Positions 1 to 8,243 of a DNA stretch of 64,000 nt are shown here, piece by piece. The notes under the pieces were generated by a model, which worked only from the letters and a program-made list of their open reading frames with translations, was not told the origin of the DNA and made no database searches. The DNA comes from an uncultured virus (IMG/VR IMGVR_UViG_3300050509_000576) (taxonomy: Duplodnaviria; Heunggongvirae; Uroviricota; Caudoviricetes): IMG/VR virus record IMGVR_UViG_3300050509_000576; one strand, given 5' to 3'. Each line of letters opens with the position of its first letter. Position 1 is the stretch's first letter. The position numbers and the translations under genes were made by a program.

Positions 1-253
1 CCAGGGCCAGGCACGGCTCCGCCAGGACGCAATGGCACGGCACGAACCGCGGCGTAGGCGGGAGAAATGGTGCTCTGCAGATCTAAGAAAGAAGAGAAGA
101 TCTCGGAGAAAACCTCGATAAATCCCTTCCCCCCTCCCACCGCTGCAAGCGTATAGATATATCGGCAGTCTTTGCAAGAGGGCAAAAGGAACCGCCGCGG
201 TGGGGGTGAGGGAGCGCGAGCGCACGGTGTGCGCCGAGAGAAAGCGTGTTACT

Positions 254-445
254 ATGGCGCGGAAAAAAGTGTCCTTTCGGACCGGAACCAAGGCCCGTGC
301 GGCACGGGGCAAGGTCGCGGAACAACTCAAGCGTCGGGGGGTGCGGAAAGGCAATGCCTTTGCCCTGGCGACGTATATTGCCAAGCGCGCCGGCGCCGCC
401 GGCCGCAAACGCCTTGCCCGTCGGGGCTTGCGCACAAGGAGATAA
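254..445 (+). CDS. Small basic hypothetical protein
   Basis: ATG at 254; Arg/Lys-rich 63 aa; first of a tightly packed plus-strand gene run. Confidence 0.55.
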   Translation: MARKKVSFRTGTKARAARGKVAEQLKRRGVRKGNAFALATYIAKRAGAAGRKRLARRGLRTRR

Positions 446-449
446 CCCC

Positions 450-662
450 ATGCCCGCTATCCCGGTCGTTCCACGCTCCGAGCGTGATCATCACCGTGCC
501 GTGGAGCGCGAGATGGTCCGCCAACTCCTCGCCACCTGGGATCCGCGCGAGGAGGATTATCACCTGACCTATCCCGGCCTGTTGCGCCGCCTCATGGCCG
601 TGCTGGCGACGCAGCTGGTCGAGGCCGAGCAGGCTCAGGCGGAGGAGTATGCCCGTGGCTGA
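450..662 (+). CDS. Hypothetical protein
   Basis: AAGGAG RBS then ATG at 450; overlaps the next gene. Confidence 0.6.
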   Translation: MPAIPVVPRSERDHHRAVEREMVRQLLATWDPREEDYHLTYPGLLRRLMAVLATQLVEAEQAQAEEYARG

Positions 663-858
663 CCACACGACCACCGCCTTTGAGACCCTGCAGGAGGAGA
701 TACGCCTCCGCATGCGCCAGGAAGACCGGGCATATGCGTTGCAGCGGCTGCTCATGGCGTTTCGCCCCCGGACGGCATCGCCCCGGTCCTATCGCCAGCT
801 CCTGCTCGATGTGCAGGAGTGTGTGACGGAAGAACTCCACCAGCAAGGAGACGACTAG
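649..858 (+). CDS. Hypothetical protein
   Basis: GGAGGAG RBS; coupled to neighbours. Confidence 0.6.
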   Translation: MPVADHTTTAFETLQEEIRLRMRQEDRAYALQRLLMAFRPRTASPRSYRQLLLDVQECVTEELHQQGDD

Positions 859-1268
859 TGGAACCCTACGATCCCACGCTCGAAGCTCTGATTGAGGCGA
901 TGCTTCAGGCCCTCGACGCTGAGGCCGACCTGGCACAGGGGTATATCGACCAGCTCCGCCATCTCGTGGTGGCCTTGCAGCGCATCCTTGCCGATCCCGA
1001 GAGTCACAAGGCGACCCCCGAGGAGGAGCAGGTGATGCGTCAGGCGCTGGGCCAGCTCGACGCGAAGGCCGGCGATGCGGAGCTGGAGTATCTCCAGGTG
1101 CTGCAGCGGCTCCAAGCGGCTATCGAGAAAGAGTTGTTTAAGTGGGCCAGCAGTCTTGTCCAGCCGGCAGGCTTTAGCGGCGAGATTCAGATTCCGGTGG
1201 GCGGGGGTGAATGGGAGCGCCATGAGGAAGCCTTGCCCGAGACGAGTCGGCTCCGGCTGACGGTATAG
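858..1268 (+). CDS. Hypothetical helical protein
   Basis: AAGGAG RBS; GTG at 858 overlaps the previous TAG. Confidence 0.6.
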   Translation: MEPYDPTLEALIEAMLQALDAEADLAQGYIDQLRHLVVALQRILADPESHKATPEEEQVMRQALGQLDAKAGDAELEYLQVLQRLQAAIEKELFKWASSLVQPAGFSGEIQIPVGGGEWERHEEALPETSRLRLTV

Positions 1269-1330
1269 TCGGCGTCTGGTGCAATAGCTGGCGCGGACGC
1301 TTGTCCACACGCCGACAGGGAGAGACACCG

Positions 1331-1543
1331 ATGGCGTTTGATCGTGCGCACGCGCGGCGGGTATTTGAAGAGACGATTGCGCAGGTGATGGCGGAGTCCG
1401 TGCCCACCGAGGATGTCCTGGTCGAGGCGCAGACGGTGAACGATCAGGGGCAGCAGATCGTGGTGGCACGCTATAAGTTGCACAGCGATGGGCGGATCGA
1501 GTGTTTCGAGGTGCTCGATGAGGTGCTTTGGCCGAGCGTATGA
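1331..1543 (+). CDS. Hypothetical protein
   Basis: GGGAG RBS, ATG 1331; stop abuts the CRISPR repeat. Confidence 0.6.
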   Translation: MAFDRAHARRVFEETIAQVMAESVPTEDVLVEAQTVNDQGQQIVVARYKLHSDGRIECFEVLDEVLWPSV

Positions 1544-1667
1544 GTGTTCCCCACGCCTGTGGGGATGAACCGAGTACATTAGGGAACGGTAGGCACACGG
1601 AGTTTCGTGTTCCCCACGCGTGTGGGGATGAACCGCAGACTGGCCGAACCTGTCAATGCCCCACGAC
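1544..1667 (+). CRISPR. Mini CRISPR array A, type I-E-like (2 repeats, 34-nt spacer, trailing putative 32-nt spacer)
   Basis: 29-nt repeats GTGTTCCCCACGCCTGTGGGGATGAACCG (1544-1572) and GTGTTCCCCACGCGTGTGGGGATGAACCG (1607-1635) fit the I-E repeat pattern with a CCCCAC/GTGGGG stem. Confidence 0.9.
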
Positions 1668-1687
1668 GGGGCGGGAGGGTGCACCAT

Positions 1688-1936
1688 ATGAGTACGTTAG
1701 GCAATGGGGCGCACACGCCGTATCCTGGCGCGGATGGGACGCTAGAGGGCGCCCTTGCCGAAGTGGATGCCCTGCTCGCGCGGTTTGTTGCCGAAGCTAT
1801 GGTCGATGCGATGCTGCAAACACTCGATCACGACACGGACGTCGCGATCGTCTCCCCGGCTACGCTGCTACGGACTCTGGAGGCGTGGCTGGATGCCGCA
1901 GACGTCCAGCGTACCGCCGAGGACGGCGTCGCATGA
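1688..1936 (+). CDS. Hypothetical protein enclosed by CRISPR repeats
   Basis: GGGAGG RBS, ATG 1688 (MSTLGNGAHTPY...). Confidence 0.65.
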   Translation: MSTLGNGAHTPYPGADGTLEGALAEVDALLARFVAEAMVDAMLQTLDHDTDVAIVSPATLLRTLEAWLDAADVQRTAEDGVA

Positions 1937-1939
1937 AGC

Positions 1940-1968
1940 GTGTTCCCCACATCTGTGGGGATGACCCA
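1940..1968 (+). CRISPR. Solitary degenerate type I-E repeat
   Basis: GTGTTCCCCACATCTGTGGGGATGACCCA; hairpin intact, 3' end diverged. Confidence 0.8.
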
Positions 1969-1985
1969 CGAACTGGGATTGAGAC

Positions 1986-3026
1986 ATGGCCGACGCTATA
2001 AACGTGCAAATCGCCGATGCTATGACGGCGCGCCTCCTCCAGGTCGGCCGGGCCGAGACGCGCGAGCGCCAGGAGGTGTGGGCTATTCTCCTCTTGCTGG
2101 AGCAGGATCTGCTTAGTGCGCTCCGGGAAGCCGACCCGGCGCAGTTCTCGTTGCTCGTAGCCAGGCGGCGAACGGTCCAGGCGCTGATGCGCGATGAGGT
2201 GGACCCCCTCGTGACGACCCGGTACGCGCAGATTGCTCGCGACGTGGACGCGTTTCTCATCGCCCTGGCCGAGCAAGAGGCGACCAGCACGCAGCGTATC
2301 GTCAATACCGCTACCGAGGCCCGGACCATCGAGGAGGTGCCTAGTGAGACGGCGCTGCGCCGGGTCGTACGGCAGACGCTCATCCCGAGCCCGGCGACGC
2401 CGACGGATCTGAGTACCACGGGCGCGGACTGGTGGAGCCGCGCGGCGGCCGGACTCGTGACCCGTCTCGGCGATTCGCTCATGGTGGGGGTGAGCCTGGA
2501 AGAACCCACGCCGACGCTCGTTGCACGCGTGCACGGCACGGCGGCCAACGGCTTTCAGGATGGGATTATGGCGAAGGCGAAAGAGGACGCGGCCCGACTC
2601 CTGCGTACGCAGACGACGAACGCGGTGAGCGAGGCACGGGTCAAGGTGGCCGATGTCAATGCGGACGTCGTACAGGTAGAACATAGCTCGATCCTTGACA
2701 GCCATACGTCTACTCTCTGCCTAGGCAGGCATGGGTTGCGCTATACCGTGCCGGAGCATGAACCTATCAATCATAGCGTCCCGTATCTCCATGGACCCCC
2801 GTACCATCCCGGGTGTCGTAGTGAGATGATCCCTGTCGTGCCGGACGGCGGACGCGTGCCGCAACAGACGGTGAGTCAGTGGCTCTCCCGCCGTGATACG
2901 GCGTATCAGGATGCCGTGTTAGGTCCCACGCGCGCACGCATGTTTCGCGCCGGGACGCTGACCCCCCGGCAACTGATCGACAGTCTCACGGGCAAGCCAC
3001 TCACCTTAGAGGAGTTGGGCGTATGA
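1986..3026 (+). CDS. Minor head / head morphogenesis protein (SPP1 gp7, Mu F-like)
   Basis: LD..TS..C and PPYHPGCRS motifs; C-terminal LTLEEL. Confidence 0.85.
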   Translation: MADAINVQIADAMTARLLQVGRAETRERQEVWAILLLLEQDLLSALREADPAQFSLLVARRRTVQALMRDEVDPLVTTRYAQIARDVDAFLIALAEQEATSTQRIVNTATEARTIEEVPSETALRRVVRQTLIPSPATPTDLSTTGADWWSRAAAGLVTRLGDSLMVGVSLEEPTPTLVARVHGTAANGFQDGIMAKAKEDAARLLRTQTTNAVSEARVKVADVNADVVQVEHSSILDSHTSTLCLGRHGLRYTVPEHEPINHSVPYLHGPPYHPGCRSEMIPVVPDGGRVPQQTVSQWLSRRDTAYQDAVLGPTRARMFRAGTLTPRQLIDSLTGKPLTLEELGV

Positions 3027-3171
3027 CGCCCCGTGATACCCGCTATGCCCACTGGCAGCAACACCCTGACGACGAGCTGGACTATAGCCCTGACCTCGAC
3101 CTGCGTTACGTGACGCTAGAGACGTTACCCCAGGTCGCAGAGGCCCTGCTGCGCGAGGCCGAGGAGGATCC

Positions 3172-3390
3172 ATGCCGGGATCGCTGACGCTGACCGGGGA
3201 TCTCGGTATTCCGGCGCTCGTGCTGCTGGGCCGGACCATGCCAGAGGTCGAGGTGCTGCTCCAGCGGGCCGGGATGCTCCCGAGTCAGGCCGAGCAGCGG
3301 CGCTGGCGCATGGACCCGGAGACGCCCGGCGCCTACCGGCTGAGTTATACGTTCACGCTGCCCGAGGAACTCCCGGAGGTGTCCGTATGA
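3172..3390 (+). CDS. Hypothetical protein
   Basis: GAGGAGG RBS; ATGA overlap with the next gene. Confidence 0.55.
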   Translation: MPGSLTLTGDLGIPALVLLGRTMPEVEVLLQRAGMLPSQAEQRRWRMDPETPGAYRLSYTFTLPEELPEVSV

Positions 3391-3737
3391 GTGCCTGTTG
3401 TGCGTGTGCGCAGTGTCAGTGCCTGTGTCATCGGCATTTGACTATGCAGGACTATCGTCGGATGACGCAGGAAGCCTTACGCGGAGAGCCGTTAGCGCGA
3501 GTGGCCACGCGCTGGCATACGCATACGTTCCAGCTGCGTCAGATCATCGCCTCTGTCTGTGCGGAGGCGAACCCGCCACGGTATGCCCAGCAGTGCAAGG
3601 GCGGAGGCAAAGTGCTGGAGAAGCTTCGCATGTATGCGACCGATTTTGGCTTTGAGGCGGCCCCCAAGTACGCGGCCTGGCGCCGGGAGCAGGAGGGACG
3701 GTATGATGGTCGAGGGGCGGCGACTCCCGCCGATTAG
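3387..3737 (+). CDS. Hypothetical protein with Cys-rich N-terminus
   Basis: GGAGG RBS; coupled start. Confidence 0.5.
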   Translation: MSACCACAQCQCLCHRHLTMQDYRRMTQEALRGEPLARVATRWHTHTFQLRQIIASVCAEANPPRYAQQCKGGGKVLEKLRMYATDFGFEAAPKYAAWRREQEGRYDGRGAATPAD

Positions 3738-3904
3738 TGCGACGCTGGAGGCCTTCGTGCGGGCACATCTCCCCCGCCTGCCCGCTGCCCCCGGTCTGCT
3801 CTGGGTCGGGGAGACCTGCTGGGTGGCCACGTATACGCATGCGGATATGTCGTCGCACCAGTTTGCGGGTTGGGAATGTCTCAACCCCCGCCAGGAGACG
3901 CCCG

Positions 3905-4129
3905 ATGCTTGATACCCACGTGTGGGAACGACTGGAACTGCATGGCGTGACCGAGGAACACCTGCGCATGTTGGCGTGTGCCCTGGAGCTCCAGAAGAAC
4001 GGCTCCCTCGCCTGGCATTTCGCCCACGGCCATCTCTCGCAGTGCGATTTGCGCGTCACGTTTGCGGCTCGGCGGGCGGAGGTGGCGCGGGTAAGTGATG
4101 TGGTGTTTGAAGAGGCGCATCGACGCTGA
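3905..4129 (+). CDS. Hypothetical protein
   Basis: AGGAG RBS, ATG 3905. Confidence 0.6.
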   Translation: MLDTHVWERLELHGVTEEHLRMLACALELQKNGSLAWHFAHGHLSQCDLRVTFAARRAEVARVSDVVFEEAHRR

Positions 4130-4149
4130 GTGTCGATCCGCCCCGTGGT

Positions 4150-4212
4150 GCCGGCGAGGCGCCGTCTAGCCATGCCACGCCGTGTTGCGCCGGGCACCGC
4201 CTAGCCTGCGAC
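4150..4212 (-). ncRNA. Single pentamer-repeat guide-like unit (distal array segment)
   Basis: Plus strand: gccggcgag gcgcc gtcta gccat gccac gccgt gttgc gccgg gcacc gccta gcctgcgac; 54-nt motif spacing. Confidence 0.7.
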
Positions 4213-4215
4213 GCG

Positions 4216-4740
4216 CTAGGGACCTGTAATCACGACATACGGATCGCTAAACCCCTCAAACGTCACCGTGTAGCTGAAATGCGCCAGCGTCAACGTGCCC
4301 GCGCGAATGACCGGCGTCCAGTTGGGATTGGGACAGCCTTGGGCGACTGCAGTGGGATTGACGCTCTGTGCTGGCACGCTCAAACGGCCATTCTTCCCCG
4401 ACGTCACGGTAATCTGTGTCGTCGCGCTAAAACTGGTGGTGTGCGATTCAATCGGGTTGTTCCGATTCGCGCCAGGATTGTTGCAGTCCACGATGGCCGT
4501 ATAGCTGGCGGTGAGCGCCACGTCGGCATCGGTGTGGCCGACGCCCGCCAGTTCAAACGTGCTACACGTGACGGACTGGTCGGCATTGACCGTACAGCCG
4601 ATGGCGCCGGTTTGCAGGTGCGTGCCCGAGGGCGCTTGCGAGGGATCGAGGCTACTCGTAATGGCGGCCAGGGCACCGCTGGCGCTGAGGCACAGGGCTA
4701 GGAGGCTGGCGACCAGCCGGGAGCGCGAACAACGAATCAT
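4216..4740 (-). CDS. Secreted beta-rich hypothetical protein
   Basis: N-terminal signal peptide (ALA), several Cys, AAGGAG RBS. Confidence 0.75.
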   Translation of the reverse strand: MIRCSRSRLVASLLALCLSASGALAAITSSLDPSQAPSGTHLQTGAIGCTVNADQSVTCSTFELAGVGHTDADVALTASYTAIVDCNNPGANRNNPIESHTTSFSATTQITVTSGKNGRLSVPAQSVNPTAVAQGCPNPNWTPVIRAGTLTLAHFSYTVTFEGFSDPYVVITGP

Positions 4741-4954
4741 GGCGTGTCTCCTTGTGTTAGACGGGTAGAGGGCATGAACGGGACAGCGGGACTACCCTAC
4801 ACGAAGGCGACGCGTGAGGCAAGCGGCGGGACGAGAGAAGCAACCAGGGCGGGTTCCGGCCCGCCCCAGTCGCCCTACAGACGTTCACGAGTAGCCAGGA
4901 GTGTAGCAGATCCTTGCGAGTCCTGCACGGGAGTGCGATGCTATCCGTCACCGG

Positions 4955-5530
4955 CGCTGCAGCCATGTGGTGCCGAGCCCTGCACGACGGCGTGCGCCCG
5001 GGCTAAGCACGAGGGGCCACGCCGGCAGGGCGACGCGAGGCGAGGCCACACCCAGCCGCGTCTCGTCGTGGCTCGCGTAGCGATGCCTGCGCAGCCGGGC
5101 CTTGCGACGGCACGGCCGGCCAAGTCGGGCCACGCCTGCGGCGCCTGGCCGCGCGCGGTCAAGCCAAGCACAGACTCGCGTTGCCTGCGGGGACGTGCCA
5201 AGTCTCGTCAAGTCTCGTCGCGCCACACCCAGCGATGCCAGCGATGCCAATCCTGGCCTGGTCGCGCGTTGCCTCGTCTCGTCAGGGCGTGCGATGCCAG
5301 CGATGTGCCGCCGAGCCTTGTCATCCCCCGCGTGTCCTGACGAGCCGAGCCTGGCCTGCAATGCGAATCCTCGCCGTGTCTCGTCGTGCCACGTCAGGAC
5401 GGGCGAGGCCTGCGCGGCCGCGCCATGTCGCGTCTCGCGATGCGTGTCTTGCGTGTCCTCGCGATGCCTGCGGCGCCGCGCCTTGCCGATCGCTCGAAGC
5501 GACGCCTAGACAGGCCTAGCTATGCCTGCT
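4955..5530 (-). ncRNA. Pentamer-repeat array segment 2 (about 10 units), putative VIPR-like guide RNAs
   Basis: GCC(T/A/G)GC(G/A) motif at 5021, 5085, 5134, 5183, 5237, 5296, 5354, 5408, 5466, 5524, separated by G(C/T)C-NN pentamers. Confidence 0.8.
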
Positions 5531-6302
5531 ACGGGCGGCGGCGTTCTTCAATCAAGGCCGCAATCAGGTCGAGCCGCCGGTAGACCGCTGGATTGCGGGT
5601 TTCGGCATCTGCGGCGATACGGTGCAGATGCGTAGGAAAGTACTCGTGGACCTCGATCAGGCCGAGTTGACGAAAATAGCGCGTATGCGACCGCGCTGTC
5701 CTCTCCTTAATACTACTCCGATGCGCGAGCTCACGATTGCTCAGCCATTCGTCAGTATGGCGTAACAGCGTCCAGAGGCGGGCCATGTGCCAACTGACTT
5801 CCGCATGTTCCTTGATGCGCGGGGTCGGCGGTGGAAGCTGTCCGTTGCGGGTAAGAGGCGTAGGCTCTGGGATATGCTCCAGGGCATCTAGGCGGGTGTG
5901 AATGGCCGCGATGGCCTCCTTGAGCGGGTCAATATGGACGGTGATTGTATGCACGACAGAGAGGAGGGCTTTTTCACACTGGATGAAATACTTTCGCGCA
6001 TCCCGTCCGCGTTCCGTGCGTTCGACCATACACAGCTCTTTGGCCATGTCCAGCGTCAGCGCATACATGTGCTCAGGTCTGCCTGGTTGGGTTTTACTAA
6101 AATTGTGGTAAAAAAGGTAGTCAACATCTTCAAGGAATTGATACTCGCGAATGCGATTGGTTATCCAATCATTAAAACGATGGGTAACCCGCAGCCAGGC
6201 ATGCAATTTCCGGGCATCGACCGTCTGCACAAAGGCATCCTGAATGGTCCGATATTGAATGTCAAGGACGAGTGGAGTTATGGTAAGATCTTGCTCAGAC
6301 AT
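5529..6302 (-). CDS. AntA/AntB-family antirepressor with C-terminal HTH-like domain
   Basis: VDARKLHAWL..F.DWI..RI..Y.F, Y.LTLDMAKELCMVERTERG..ARKYFI.CEK. Confidence 0.9.
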   Translation of the reverse strand: MSEQDLTITPLVLDIQYRTIQDAFVQTVDARKLHAWLRVTHRFNDWITNRIREYQFLEDVDYLFYHNFSKTQPGRPEHMYALTLDMAKELCMVERTERGRDARKYFIQCEKALLSVVHTITVHIDPLKEAIAAIHTRLDALEHIPEPTPLTRNGQLPPPTPRIKEHAEVSWHMARLWTLLRHTDEWLSNRELAHRSSIKERTARSHTRYFRQLGLIEVHEYFPTHLHRIAADAETRNPAVYRRLDLIAALIEERRRP

Positions 6303-6432
6303 GTCGTCTCTCCTACTAGAGGCGTGTGTTCAGGGGTGACAGGAGAACCCCATCTCCTGCCTACCCCGTTAGTATAGCCTGTTTCCTCTTCCCATACAAG
6401 CCGAAAATTACGCTAAGTCATTGATATGCTAT

Positions 6433-7585
6433 GCCTTGCCAGCCGCCCATAGCCCAGCCTGGCCTACATATGCCTTGGCTCGTCCAGCCACGCCTGCGGC
6501 GCCGCGTCGGTCCGGGTCACGCGGTATCATGTCGCGCGACGACACGCGCAGCCTGCCTGGCCCGGCCTTGTCGGGCCACGCTCCGTCGTCCATGCGGCGT
6601 CTCGCCATGCCCGCGATGCCCGGCCGCGCCTAGCCTCCCGGCGCCACGCGCTGGCTAGCCACGCCCGCGCCGCTTGGCCCCGCGGAGCCGCGCCGTGCCT
6701 TGGCTCGCCCTGCGACGACCTGCGAAGCCTGCGGAGTTGCGCCGAGTCTTGCCGAGTGCTGTCGAGCCCCGACGAGTCGAGCGATGTCGAGCCCCGCCTG
6801 CGACGCCTCGTCTGGTCCCGCGAGACGACGCCAAGTCTTGCCACGCCTGCGGGGCCTCGCCTTGTCTTGCCACTCTACGCCATCCTGGCTCAGCCTCGCC
6901 TGCGATGCCCAGCCCGTCCTGGCCACGCGGGGACTAGCGCCGCCCGGCGGAGCCTCGCCTGCGGCGCCTCGCCATGTCCGGCCTAGACCTGACGCGTCGC
7001 GCCGTGCCTGCGGTGCCTCGTCTTGCGATGGGCTGGCTAGCCACGTCACGCCCTGCCTGCGATGCCCGGTCCCGCCCCGGCTCGCGACGTCTTGCCGCGC
7101 GAGGCCTGCAGTGCCTCGTCTAGCGATGGGTCAGCTAGCCCCGACCCGCCGTGCCTGCGACGCCAGTCCCTGTCATGTCGCGCCCTGTCTCGCGATACCC
7201 GGACCCGCCTTGCCGTGCCTGCGGCGCCACGGTCCGCCTTGTCCAGACCTGCGCTGCCCATCCCTGCCATGTCTGTCCTGCCTGCGTCGCGCTGTCTAGC
7301 CGGGTCCCGTCGCACCTCGCCACGGCTCGCGCTGCCTGCGGCGCCTCGCCAGGCCCGGTCTCGTCAAGTCATGTCGCGCCTGGTCTCGCCATGCCTGCGG
7401 CGCCAAGTCTCGTCTGGTCATGCCAGTCGCGGCCATCGAGGCCTCGCCTGCGATACCTTGTCTAGCCATGCCCGCGAAGTCGGGCCAATCCCCGTCGGGT
7501 CACGTCTTGTCACGCCTTGCCTGCGGCGCCTGGCCTCGTCATGCGATGTCCAACCACGCCACGTCTCGTCGTGCCTTGTCTGTAC
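6433..7585 (-). ncRNA. Pentamer-repeat array segment 1 (about 21 units), putative VIPR-like guide RNAs
   Basis: GCCTGCG (minus strand CGCAGGC) recurs mostly at 49/54/59/64/69-nt spacing (9+5n), e.g. 6957, 7006, 7055, 7104, 7153; the intervening pentamers have a constrained triplet and a variable dinucleotide. Confidence 0.85.
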
Positions 7586-7592
7586 TTCTTAC

Positions 7593-8243
7593 CTACGCCA
7601 CCACGCTCGTCGTGCCGCGCTCGCTGCGCAGGGCCGCTTCCCATCGGGCGGCAAACGCCTCGATGTCCGGCGGGGGGAGGTCTGCGACTTCGCGCACCTG
7701 ATGCGCCCGGAGGGCCTGAACCGCACTGCCCATGGCCTCGATGCGCCGCTCCAGGCCGTTGCGTTGCTCGGCAAAGCCCGTCATCACAAATTCAAAATCT
7801 CCTATAGTAAAATGTACCAGTGGTTTCACGACCGTCTGCGTCGCATACAACGTCGTGGTCAAAATCCGAGGAAACACGACCTTCGGCCCTGTCCATGGCA
7901 GGCGTTCGACCCGGACCCGGACGGGCTTGCCCGCCTGGGCCGGATCGGTTGGGGTTGTCTGCTGGACGAGGATACTGCCCTGGGCCGCCGTCCAGCCCTG
8001 GCGTCCCAACTCGTACCCGTTTAAGGTCCGGACTTTGTGGCTCAGCCCGAGCTGGGCCAAGTGCATGAGGATCTTGCGCGGCATGCGCTTGACGAGGCGC
8101 GGCCACAGTTTGGTGGTCGCTTCGCTCACGCCACTCAGGCGTTGCGCATGCCGGCGATAATAGGCGAGGAGTTCGGCGACGACCTCGTCTTCCGTCTCAA
8201 ACATTGGCGGGGGCGGTTTAGGTGTCGTCGTCGGTGTCGCCAT
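7593..8243 (-). CDS. Hypothetical partner protein of the RAMP-like gene
   Basis: Overlaps the end of the upstream gene; stop lies a few nt before the array. Confidence 0.7.
   Translation of the reverse strand: MATPTTTPKPPPPMFETEDEVVAELLAYYRRHAQRLSGVSEATTKLWPRLVKRMPRKILMHLAQLGLSHKVRTLNGYELGRQGWTAAQGSILVQQTTPTDPAQAGKPVRVRVERLPWTGPKVVFPRILTTTLYATQTVVKPLVHFTIGDFEFVMTGFAEQRNGLERRIEAMGSAVQALRAHQVREVADLPPPDIEAFAARWEAALRSERGTTSVVA

Noticed and set aside
5354..7519. Partial gapped self-matches of array units (VTSGS in ORF 39809, VPGLP in ORF 14804, RAY.A.L in the tail tip)
   Set aside because: Five or six matching dinucleotides are expected by chance over both strands of 64 kb
6433..7585. Array as a degenerate CRISPR or simple satellite
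   Set aside because: No 25-40-nt repeat or contiguous spacer; variation is concentrated in two positions per pentamer, unlike slippage repeats
4744..7590. Many Arg/Ala/Pro/Cys-rich ORFs over the pentamer arrays
   Set aside because: By-products of GC-rich 5-nt periodic DNA; unit lengths are not consistently multiples of 3 and there are no RBS or domains
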